A stretch of 64,000 nt of DNA from Vitrella brassicaformis CCMP3155 (taxonomy: Eukaryota > Protista > Chromerida): the NCBI GenBank assembly GCA_001179505.1, contig CDMY01000491.1, positions 1 through 64,000 on the forward strand, in the 5' to 3' direction. The notes beneath the pieces are model-generated. The model had not been told where the DNA came from, ran no database searches, and was given only the letters and a program-made list of their open reading frames with translations. Position 1 is the stretch's first letter, and every line of letters begins with the position of its first letter. This document shows positions 11,441-22,309 of the stretch, piece after piece. The position numbers and the translations under genes are program-made.

Positions 11441-12177
11441 GCGACCGACCGACCGCTTGGGATGGGTGGGTAGGCCTTGTGCATGCTTCGCGCGTGTGCG
11501 TGCTGCCTATTTGGTGTGTGCTGTGGACAGAGAAGATGTCCGGTAGCGCCGAAAGGTAGGCGCCGGGCTTAGGGACAGGCGTCTCGTCAAACCCTTAAGC
11601 GACCGAAGGGAGCCGCTCCAGCTATGCTGTCCACCCGATTTCTCGGGGAAATATGTCCTCTATGCATACATTCCCCAGTCACGTCCCGACCCGTGCTTGT
11701 GCCGTATCAGTGTGCAACTTCGCGACGGGTTCGCGTGGCATGGGGCACATGAGTAGCCACACAAGCGGATGTGGCGGGCAGCTGAGGTGTACCTCTGCGT
11801 GAGCTGCAGGGAGGTGTGCGTTTGCGTGTGTGCGCGTGTGTTTTGTTTTGTGTCTTTTTCTCTTTTTTTCCCCTTTTTTTTGTTTTTTGGAGCGTGTGGT
11901 CTTCTTGTGACTCGCTCCAGAAATGAAGAAAGAAAGATCAACCATAAGCAAAGTGATGGTCGATTGAAGGAGAAAGCTCCTTCAATAAGCACTTCGCCGG
12001 AGGTAATGTGGTTAGATGAGAAGAAGAGTTAGCCAGCAGGGACTGACCCATCTTGTCTATCTCGCATCGCATTAGTCACAGAAGAGGCATCCACTGTCTG
12101 TCTTCTTTCCACCTGTAAAGGATGGTGACTCGGTGAATCCCTCCAGTGTATCACTTCCGCGTAGTTTGGGCATTCAG

Positions 12178-12833
12178 TCATCCGCGGTCAATGACAGCTA
12201 GAATATCTCGAGTCTTCACCAATACATGTGGGAATCTATTGTATATGACCTGCAATCGGTCACGTATCAAACAAGGTTCTAGTTCTCCTCTCTGTCCACA
12301 CCTTGCGCCCGAGTCGATCGCCGTAGGCTGTGATTAGGACCCGGTCTTGAGGGGCGATACAATCAGCAGTACTTGTTCCTGCAGCTGGTTGAAATGTAAG
12401 GCCAGGCAGGGGAAAGAATTGCAGGGGTGGTGTTGGAATATGTCAAGCGGCACCTGCCGGTGTGGCAATCACAGTGCCTGTCACAGGCGATTTGTACTTC
12501 TGCATCTGACGGAAGCCACCCTCCAAATGATGCGGAAAGTATCCCTTCCTTTACTCACCTCCTTCGGCAGCAGGACGCCTCCTCGTGACATCTCCATATT
12601 CTCATCCCGCCTGTTCGAGCGAAAAGGCATGTATCTCCCCCCTCGACTGAACACCCTTCCTCTCACCTGATGAGGATGTAGTCTTGCACGGGTAGGAGTG
12701 ACTGCGTGCTCCCCAATCCATCAGACTCTACGAGGTGCGCGACAGTCCCACGAAGATCACGGACGCCAAGGCGAGGAGTCCAGTGGGCTGTCAAAAATGC
12801 TGCTTCTACAACACTCAGCAGAGGAATCATCAT
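12178..12833 (-). CDS. Cpn10/GroES-like co-chaperonin with N-terminal extension, 5 or more exons
   Basis: Splicing at GT-AG sites gives LLPVQDYILIRRDENMEMSRGGVLLPKEMQKYKSPVTGTVIATPA..GTSTADCIAPQDRVLITAYGDRLGRKVIYNRFPHVLVKTRDILAVIDRG*, the GroES pattern (P..D.il, GGillP, G.V.A, DrVl, DIlAvi). The start codon is uncertain. Confidence 0.8.
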
Positions 12834-13766
12834 CAAATGGACGACTTCCTGGGAACTCGCGAGTCGCCGAGAAGCTTTGGCGAGCTTCTGCAACAAGTAA
12901 GGCCACGTTCGTTCGTTCGTTAACGGACACCGAGGTCCCGGCCCCTGAGGGCAGATGCTCTGTCCATAAAAGCGTTTGTCATATCAAGGAAACTAAGCTG
13001 ATGGGTGCAAAGAAAGCCATCGCTTGCGAGAAGCCACGGCCATCAGAAGAAACTGAGCCAACGCACGTTGCACAGGGAGAGAGCGCGAAGTAAGCAATGA
13101 CCATGCGAACACCAGTGCATCACAATGAGCAAGATCCCACCAAAAATACACCACACCATCCGGTGCAGTCAGACCATACATGCGAACAACACGGCCCCCG
13201 TTGAACATGCGGGACCGGCATGACATAGCACATTGCTCGTACAAAATTTCAAACCTCACAACAGCCACATGCTGACCACTTGCATGAAACACTGTTTCAC
13301 ACTCTCTCCCGCACGAGTCCCGTCATGATGTTTCCTTCCAAAACAACTCATCTACGCAGTGTTCGTAAAAAAAGATCATTTTTGTCGAGACTTTTTGCTA
13401 GCCTGCAACGCGTAATGGTATTCCCCCCCCCGTTGTTGACTAAGAAAAGGCCCGTTTGAGAAAACTGCAAATTCACTGATGCTGGAGCTGACGGGCGGCT
13501 TGACCGTCAACGTAACTGCTTTTTCCGCCGTTGAGGGTTCATGGACAATTCAGAACTTGCTTTCGTCTTCTCTCCTCGAACAGATTTCCCACAAGGGGCG
13601 AGTCTCAGTGAGGAAGAGACCCATGGCGAGCGTCATGATACGCCACCATGTCGAGGCCGCCGCTGGAGATGCGGCTGCAGTACGTACGTGTCTAGACAAG
13701 TGTTCTTGAACCTCTTATGGCTCCTTGTCTAGGGTACGGCTTCATGCACTGTTCCACTCTCTTCAT

Positions 13767-15510
13767 TCAAATGCATTCTCTAAGATGTGTCTCGAATGCT
13801 CCCATCTCACGGTGGACGCGAATCCTCTCCTCCTGCAAGGCAAACACCACAACAGAAGGCCATTCGCATATATCCTGCTCCTCTCTCTCGTCATAACCAT
13901 ATCGATCCCCTCTCTTCGTCTTCGAATCCACTCAACAAAGTCGCTGCAGAAACAGGGCAACACACGTGCACGTCCGATAAATAATGACTGCACTTCGATG
14001 ACTGATTGTACGTGTTGTATTCATTTTTGGCTTCAGCAAGGGCCTCAAAGAACGCTTGCATGCCCGCTCCCGTTGCAGCTGATACACCCACCGCCTGTGT
14101 CCCGCCACATACATTTGTACGCTGTTGCCACACATCGGCTGGCACAACAGGATTACCCTCAGATTTCTATAGAACTCCTCGAGGACGAGACTCATTGAGC
14201 GGCTCAAGCTGCGTTCACGAGTGCATCGCCAGTTACACTCCAGTTTGACATACGCCTGTGCTCAAGTTCACCTTGCTAGGTATGTGATGTCATGGTGGAG
14301 ATCGTCTCTGTACTTCTCGGGGTTGTTCATCCAATCCAGCGCGAACGAGTGCGATTCGACGTCTGCAAACAACACACGCAACCTGAAGTTTAGCTTGCAT
14401 GTCCTCACACATTTTGTACCGATCTTGTTGAAGCAGAGAACAAAAGGCAGCCTTATCTTGTACAAGACACTGAGTTGCCGCACGGACACGAGAATGAGGG
14501 GGCAGCTGCCCATAGGTGTGCGCATACGAGCGGCATACCTGCAGGCATACAGCATGTTTGACATGAAAGTGACCGGCCTGTTGCTCCTGGGGGTGTCGAC
14601 CACATATGCCACGATGGTTGGAAAAGCCAGTGCGAGGGTCTCTAGGGATGACACAGCCGGATACGCTCGCACAGTAGGTACAGATACTTCCAGCACACAT
14701 GGACATGCATGAAACTACGTTGCCCACCAGTAATGATAGATCCACTGGCAGACCTAGATGGAGAAAATACATGCAACAAGATTAAAGACGCTCAACGATC
14801 GACAAATAACAGAGGGCTCCGATACCAGTTGAACGCTTCGATCTGTCCCGGCGTGTCAATGACAACGTAATCCAGATTGGGTGCACGAGTTTCCAGCAAT
14901 GATAAGACCTGGTCAAACCTGCAACGACGCCCACGGAACATCTGCGGTAGGTGCCTTGAACCCTGGTACTTAGTGGAGAACAGATTCAAGCTCGTCAGAA
15001 TGGCGCCATTCGGACCCAAATGATAGCTGCAGGAAAGAAGGGGCTCAGAGTCAACTGGCATTGTTGTCTTGTTTTCTCACTGCTTCATGACTTCCTTGTA
15101 TTTGACCGTGTCACGAATGTCTACGCAATTATACTCCAATAAAGCAACTCTCGGTATCGCGGAGCATATAGTACCTATGTTGGCTGTGTACGGGACATCC
15201 ACAGCCTGCACAGAAGATAGCTAAAAGTGGTGACAAAGAGCCTTCCTCGTTAACTACCGCTGGGTCGAGGTTGATCGTGTACACGCGCTGCCTTCCCTCT
15301 CCTGACAGATGCTGTGACAGCGCATGGAGAAAAGTTGTCTTCCCACTTCCAGCCATGCTGCAACAAAACATGACAAGCAGACGAATGCATTCATGCCTCC
15401 TTCGACGGTGTAGAGAAGACATTGTACCACCACACCGACCCGATAACCAGAACGACCGTCGGTGAGTTCGTCGACCGAAGGGGCGAAGAGGAGGCGTCCC
15501 TTTCTTCCAT
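13767..15510 (-). CDS. GPN1: GPN-loop GTPase 1 (XAB1/Npa3-like), multi-exon
   Basis: MEERDASSSPLRSTNSPTVVLVIGMAGSGKTTF, INLDPAV, LGPNGAILTSLNLFST, VIDTPGQIEAFNW, PVTFMSNMLYAC, VGVSAATGAGM. The 3' end is approximate. Confidence 0.92.
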
Positions 15511-15534
15511 GCCGCGGTGATTCGGGGGAGTTGT

Positions 15535-17295
15535 CCGCAAATTGGGCTAGTGCCAATTTCCGCGAATTGGGCTAGTGCCCAATTTGCGTCTTTAAGAAAC
15601 AACGCGTCCGGTCAGACAAAACGTTCGATCACGATCGTATGGAAGAGAAAAGAAATATCGATAGCGGTGTTGTGTTGGGGCGATGGACGGGGCTGGGGTG
15701 TTCTCATCGAATGAGTGAGCATGACCTATGTGCATAGGCATATGTGGATAGATTCATCGGGACGGTGTGTGGACAAATGAGTGCATGGATGCGATCGGTT
15801 AATAGCGGTGTTGTGTTGCTCGCACTACTACAGACACGTCAATCTGTCGAACAGCTTCGTGTTTTTTTGCCACGTTTGGATCAGTGCGTCAAACTGATGT
15901 GCCCTAAAGCGGCAAGTTATTGAAAAAGCTTGGCGGTCAGGCCGTCTAGGGTGCTTCCTGAAACCGCTGCTGCCTGAAAAAGATCGCGCTTGCTTCGCGG
16001 AGAAAGTCAACGAACAAGGGTATCTCTGGGCGCGAACTTCTTAAAAATGCATCAACTGACTGAACACACGAAACGCGCCAGTTTGTGGTGGATGGGATGT
16101 TTCTCCCTTGTCCGGTCATGCAGCTGGTTGAGCTTGGTCCTTCTTGGGTGCCTTTTCGCAGGTCCGTCAGTGCGCATCAACTTTGTCGAGCTTCTGGCCG
16201 ACTATCGTGTAGTGGATATGCTTGCAAGACTCCTCTCTGCAAATGCGGTCACCATCGACTGTCTGCTGCTTCCCGCTTGGCGCCGCAGCCTCTTCTCGCC
16301 GCTCTCGAAGTCATCGAAGAGGTGCAGGAGCGAATCGACTGTCGAGCCTTCGATAGTATCTGCAGCTACGCCGGTAGGTGCTGCCAGACACAGCCAGTGT
16401 CGGCATTGCAGTTCAGCAAAGTAGGCCTTCACGGCTGCTTTGATGACGTGTGTTTTGCCAGTGCCGCCCTCGCCGGTCAGGCACATGCGCAATGACGCGA
16501 CGTATTTGTTGTCCCGCAGGTCTTTGTCGTGGTTCAGCAAGTGGCTGCAGATGATTTGGAACGCCCGCATCTGCTCTTTGTTCAATCGGTCACGGCTCGC
16601 CCACTGAACAGAGAAGATCCTGTCGTCGACCGTCAGGCGGCTTGAATGCGGACGCCGGCTGCGCCAGCAGTCGAGTGAAGTCGGCAGCATTCATCGAGTG
16701 ACCACCGTGTGTGAAGAGATTCGACTCGAAGAGAAGCTACTCACTCAGAAGGCTTTCTTCATCTGACGTGGCGCGGCTGTGGCCATTTCATTTACCTTGT
16801 TGCGTTGCTGGTGCAGGTCATCGTTGGGCTGATCCTGGCGGCTCCCATTTGATTGACAAGCCGATTGATAGTCATCGAAGGCAGTCTTCAATAGCCCCTT
16901 CAACAGGCGCGCTAGATTGATACATGTCTATTGATATCATCGCTGGATATCGATAGGTTCACATCCAATTGCATCCAGCCATGCATTGATATGCTTCGCG
17001 AAGCACGTCTTCAACACGAGCGCAGCAGGAGCGGCAACATGGGGGGTGTCTTTTGTTCTTGGTGCAGCCCTCTGAGTACCTGCATGTTATCGCCACATCT
17101 GTCTTCACGTCTGTCTTCAAGATCTGTATGTTTTTCAAGCTCTCGCCATTGTTGTCTGCATGTTTTTGAAACTCTCGCCATTGTTGCATGCGTCTCTGTG
17201 ACGCTGCATTGAACCACCACTTCGCACGCTACTTTCCACCCCCGCCCAATTCGCGGCCCGGGGTGCCCACGCAGTGGGTGCCCCTTACTCGGAAT
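15535..17295. mobile_element. Helitron2/Helentron-like unit 1
   Basis: 13-bp inverted repeats CCGCGAATTGGGC (15560-15572) and GCCCAATTCGCGG (17244-17256); hairpins at 15535-15588 and 17260-17284; internal PIF1 helicase remnant. Confidence 0.7.
16202..16690 (-). pseudogene. PIF1-family helicase fragment (Helitron RepHel-like)
   Basis: LNKEQMRAFQII...LRMCLTGEGGTGKTHVIKA...CLAAPTGVAADTIEGSTVDSLL (motifs I and Ia), truncated. Confidence 0.88.
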
Positions 17296-20141
17296 GCGTC
17301 TTTATGAAACAACGCGTCCGGCAGACAAAACGTGATCTTATGAGAGGAAAAGGCAAATCAGTAGCCGTGACATGTTGCTTCTACATGCTATGGACACGGC
17401 AATGCATCAAAGAAGCTTTGTGTTTTTGTGTTACGTCTGGACAAAGTGGGCATGTAGCGTGCCTGCCTTCGGGCAGGCGTGTCCGTAAAACAGTAAATGC
17501 GAATGTTTAGGAAAAACATGAAACCAGACGGGTTGCCATATTTTTTTTCCTTTGTTCGGCTGCCGAACGACATGCGAATGGCATCAGAAGCGAGAGCATG
17601 CTGTCTAGTTTTGCTTAACCGAAACAGCTCTCACATACACTGGCTGGCCACCTGGAGATGGGCGGTATGTACGTATGGAGTCATGGTGCACCACGCACGC
17701 ACGCACGCCGCCTTCAGGTTGCTGGGGTGGCGCGTGTGCCACGTAGTGTGCCTGGTTGCCGTCGTTCGCAGCGCCTTGCATTTGCACCTGCTTGCTGCAT
17801 CTGCCCTCTGCGTGCTGCGTGTTGCGTGTCCGTGTTGCATGTTAGGGTGCGTGTTTTCATGTTGGACAGACCATAGGGGACGTCAGGCCGCCTAGGGTGC
17901 TGCCTGAAACCGCTGCTGCCTGCACGCATCGGAATTCCACGAGGAAAGAACCCCGCCTTCGTGTTTGGACTCATAGATCAGGTGTCTGGTCGACCCCCTT
18001 CATTTCAACGTTCATAGGTGATGATCACTGAACGTTTAACTGTCTGGGCAAGTGATGAAAGGCTGGTAACACAAAAACGAATCCACACAGGATCATACTC
18101 TGTCCAAACGAATCATCGCCATCCCTTTTGTCCTCATTGGGTGCCTTTTCGCAGGTCCCTCAGCGCCGCATCGGCTTTGTCAAGCTTCTGGCGGTTGACA
18201 AAAGAGATCTCGTCGACTATCATGTAGTGGACATGCTTCGAACATGCGGTTATCATCGATTGTCTGCTGCTTCACCGCTTGGCGCCGCAGCCTCCTCTCG
18301 CCGCTCTCGAAGTCATCGAAGAGGTGCAGAAGCGAATCGATGGTCGAGCTTGTGATGTTATCTGCAGCCACACCGGTAAGTGCCGCCAGACACAGCCAAT
18401 GTCTGCATTGCACATCAGCAAGGTGAGCCTTCACAGTTTTGGTGACGGTCTTGCAGGTGCCGCCCGCACCGGTCATGCGCAATGGCGCGATGTATTTGGT
18501 GTCCCTCAGGTCTTTCTAGTGGTTCAGCAACTGGCTGCAGATGATTTGGAACGCCCGTATCTGCTCTTTGTTCAATCGGTAACGGCTCGCCCACTGAACA
18601 GAGAAGGTCCTGTCGTCGGAACGGCTTGAATGCGGACGCCGGCTGCGCCAGCAATCGAGTGAAGTCGGCAGCATTCATCGAGTGACCACCGTGTGAAGAG
18701 ATTTGACTCGAAGAGAAGCTACTCACTCAGAAGGCTTTCTTCATCTGACGTGGCGCGGCTGTGGCCGGTTTCACTTAGCTTGTTGCGTTGCTGGTGCAGG
18801 TCATCGTTGGGCTGATCCTGGCGGCTCCCATTTGATTGACAAGCCGATTGATAGTCATCGAAGGCAGTCTTCAACAGCCCCTTCAACAGGCGCGCTAGAT
18901 TGATACATGTCTATTGATATCATCGCTGGATATCGATAGGTTCACACCAATTGCATCCAGCGATGCATTGATATACTTGGCGAAGCACGTCTTCAACACG
19001 GGCGCAGCAGGAGCGGCAACATGGGGGTGTCTTTTGTTCTTGGTGCAGCCACTCTGAGTACCTGCATGTTATCGCCACGTCTGTTTTTCAAGATCTGCAT
19101 GCTTTTTAAGCTCTCGCCATTGTGGTCTGCATATTTCTGAAACTCTCGCCATTGTTGCATGCCTCGGTGTAGTTCTCGCCAGCACTCGTGCTGTGCTGTG
19201 CACGTCTCTGTGACGCATAATTGAACCACCTGCTCGCCGCCTGTGTATGAGCTGTCTTTGAGACGAGCTGTGCCTAGTGGAGAACGATATGTGAAGTGAT
19301 TGTCCGTTGGTCGACGATTTGGAGACACGAAGAAGAGGCTTTCACTTGTAACACACGAAGGTCTGTCCACACGCTACACACACATGCACACGAACACGCA
19401 CGCGATGTCAATCACAGTATCAGTGAGGCGCGTCGGCAGCCACGCAGAATTCGAATCGACTCTCTCTCTCGTCTTGAGAGTCGCCAGGGAAGGTCGTTTG
19501 GAACGACGGGAGTGCTGGAGGGGAAGCAGAAAGGTGAGAGGCAAGATCACTATCAGATCTCGCCCGGGATTACTGGGATGGCCACCAATCGTGATGAGAA
19601 CAACAAAGAACGGCTAGAATGATCACCGGAAGGGAAAACAAACGAAAGAACGCTCGTTTGTTGTAGATTGGTGAGGAAAAAAAAAGGCGATCCCCCTCAG
19701 TCTGCGCGCTCATCGTAGGGTAAGAGGACCGGAGCGATGTGGATTTCCACATCGCTCGTTTGCGAGCTGCATTGCTTCTCTTCCGTTTCTCTCTACCCTA
19801 AGCCCCTGTACTCATGCGGAGGAATGAATGAATTTTGGAGGGAAGAAGGGCCATCATCGACCCATTTTCACGTCAAAGTCACAAAAAGAGGAAGCGACAG
19901 AAGCGACAGTGCGGCGCACTGATGGATGGAACGACAATGGCGGCCCAGAGTCTTCCCTCCCTTCATTAGCGCAGCGGTATACACCACGACATGCGCACGA
20001 GAAAACCCTTGATTCACTTCCATACTCATGATTGACGTGTCATCTCATGCACCCTGCAACACACCACGTCGCACGCTGCTTTCGACCCCCGCCGAATTCG
20101 CGGCCCGGGGTGCCCACGCAGTGGGTGCCCCTTACTCGGAA
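17296..20141. mobile_element. Helitron2/Helentron-like unit 2, head-to-tail with unit 1
   Basis: Starts with GCGTCTTTATGAAACAACGCGTCCGG, like 15585-15610. Repeats 16140-17215 at about 18135-19225. Ends with the same subterminal IR and hairpin (20091-20131) followed by TTACTCGGAAT. Confidence 0.7.
18135..18690 (-). pseudogene. More decayed PIF1 helicase fragment
   Basis: MTGAGGTCKTVTKTVKAHL...CLAALTGVAADNITSSTIDSLL; the Walker A motif is mutated and there are frameshifts. Confidence 0.85.
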
Positions 20142-21251
20142 TCCCGAATAATATTGAGGAGGTGCTCGAAAGCCGCAAGGATAAGTCCAGAGGACAGACG
20201 GAAACCGAATTCGTCGAATGAACGGATTCGCGCAACGCATAAGTGCATGCGTTCAGCCATTCACACAAATGCTATCAATCCGTCAGAGAATTCATCCCTC
20301 TCATCGTCCCCGCCATCATTCCAACAAGTCGGTCATCACACACCCAGAGCTCCACGTGTCCCTTTTGGGTAATCTTGATACCTACGAGGTCTCACGGTAT
20401 CCAGAGGGATGGTGTAATAAAGGTCCCACCTTCTCTCTGCCCCTGGCGCGCTTCCCTGGTGAGACAAGCAAAGAGAAAGGGAAACGAATCGACACACAGA
20501 CGTGGAGACCGAGGCGCCTTTTCTGCTTTCAGCCTTCTTACCCGTCGTCTGTCAAAGCAACAGCCTTGTCAAACGAATCCGACTCCCCCCAACCACCTCT
20601 AGCGCCGATCCCTCCCACTACCGCACATCCACCACACCCTCTTCATACCTTGGCACTCGGCGGCGCGGGCCGGTGGATGCCCAGCCGAGACTCCCTCATC
20701 TGACGAATGAACAGACTAAGTCTTTGACCATTCATTCAGTCTTAGACTTCGTTGCACACAACGAGGAGGTCCCCAAGTGTAGTCTCGATCGCTGTCTGGT
20801 TCCGTTTACTGAGCGCTTTATGCCGCCCGCTATTCCGCCCACATATGCGGGCGGAAGAGGCAAATTGACCCAGTGCACTTCCCTGTCCGTCTGTCGGATG
20901 CGTGGTGTGTCGCCGCCTGCTTGAGCACCCACCCAGTGAACCTCGTCCTTGTATTTACCGTTGGCGTGGTGTGTCGACCTTGCGGCAGGTATGCTAGCGA
21001 TGCCACAACGTCACCTGCTGCAAGGCGGACCGCATCATCTTCTTGTCAGAAGCATACAAGCGCCCTGAATGAGACGCACAACAAGCAACCGAGACACAAT
21101 GACAATGGTCGGTGGCGGTGTGGTGTGCTCCTCTCTGATGCCGCTGTGTGTTCCTCGACCACTCATTCACTCATCGACCAACTCATCGAGGTGACCTGAG
21201 CAGGTGAGTTTCACCTGCTGCCGGGCCCCCAGCAACCCAGCGGCCCCCCCC

Positions 21252-21551
21252 NNNNNNNNNNNNNNNNNNNNNNNNNNNNNNNNNNNNNNNNNNNNNNNNN
21301 NNNNNNNNNNNNNNNNNNNNNNNNNNNNNNNNNNNNNNNNNNNNNNNNNNNNNNNNNNNNNNNNNNNNNNNNNNNNNNNNNNNNNNNNNNNNNNNNNNNN
21401 NNNNNNNNNNNNNNNNNNNNNNNNNNNNNNNNNNNNNNNNNNNNNNNNNNNNNNNNNNNNNNNNNNNNNNNNNNNNNNNNNNNNNNNNNNNNNNNNNNNN
21501 NNNNNNNNNNNNNNNNNNNNNNNNNNNNNNNNNNNNNNNNNNNNNNNNNNN
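21252..21551. other. Assembly gap (300 N)
   Basis: Run of N. Confidence 1.
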
Positions 21552-22309
21552 GGCCCCCCCCCCCCCCCCCCCCCTGACTTTCGTTGTAGCTTGTGCCTTC
21601 TCGGCGTTCTGATTTCTTATGTAGCACAGCAGGATGACCCAGCCCACCACACGATGCGCCCCGTCGGCGATGGAGAGGCGGGTGCGGACCGCGACCTCGC
21701 CCTTGCACACCAGCGCTACACACCCAGTGCACTACCGGGCTCTCGCCGTCAGCTAGGCGACGAATGACATCACCCACCTTTGTACTATCTGCACGCCCTT
21801 GTTCAGCTCCTGCACGTTGGTGACCCCTTCATCAAACGCCAGCGTGTTGAGAGAGTATTTCCCGTCCATGTGGATGGCTTTCATGTGCAGGAACGAAGTG
21901 CTGAGGATGCCGGTGAAGACGGTCTTGCCTCGCTGGATGGCCTTGCGCTGCTACACTGAACTCGAGGATGGATGCGTCGAAATGCCTCTCCAACGTGCAC
22001 AAAGTCTTCATCCAGTCTTACAACACACAGCCAGCCGTGGAGAAGTACACAAATGGCGCGATAAATGTGGCCTTCCCCCCCGTGACATCGCAGCTATCGC
22101 CGCCCAGCGTCTCGCTTGTCTTCATTGCATTCATGTGTCGTGGATTGCGTTGCGAAAGGACATGGACTGGAATACAATTGGGAAATATCATGTCCTGTCG
22201 CAACATACGTGGTCCCGAGCAGTTAGGAACATGAATGCACATACCATCACACATATAATTCAGAATTGTGTACCCGACATTTTGTCACTACATAACGAGA
22301 ACACACGAG

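Noticed and set aside
21600-21960. Coding-looking minus-strand segment (QRGKTVFTGILSTSFLHMKAIHMDGKYSL...)
   Set aside because: It is interrupted by stops, next to a gap, and no family was recognised.
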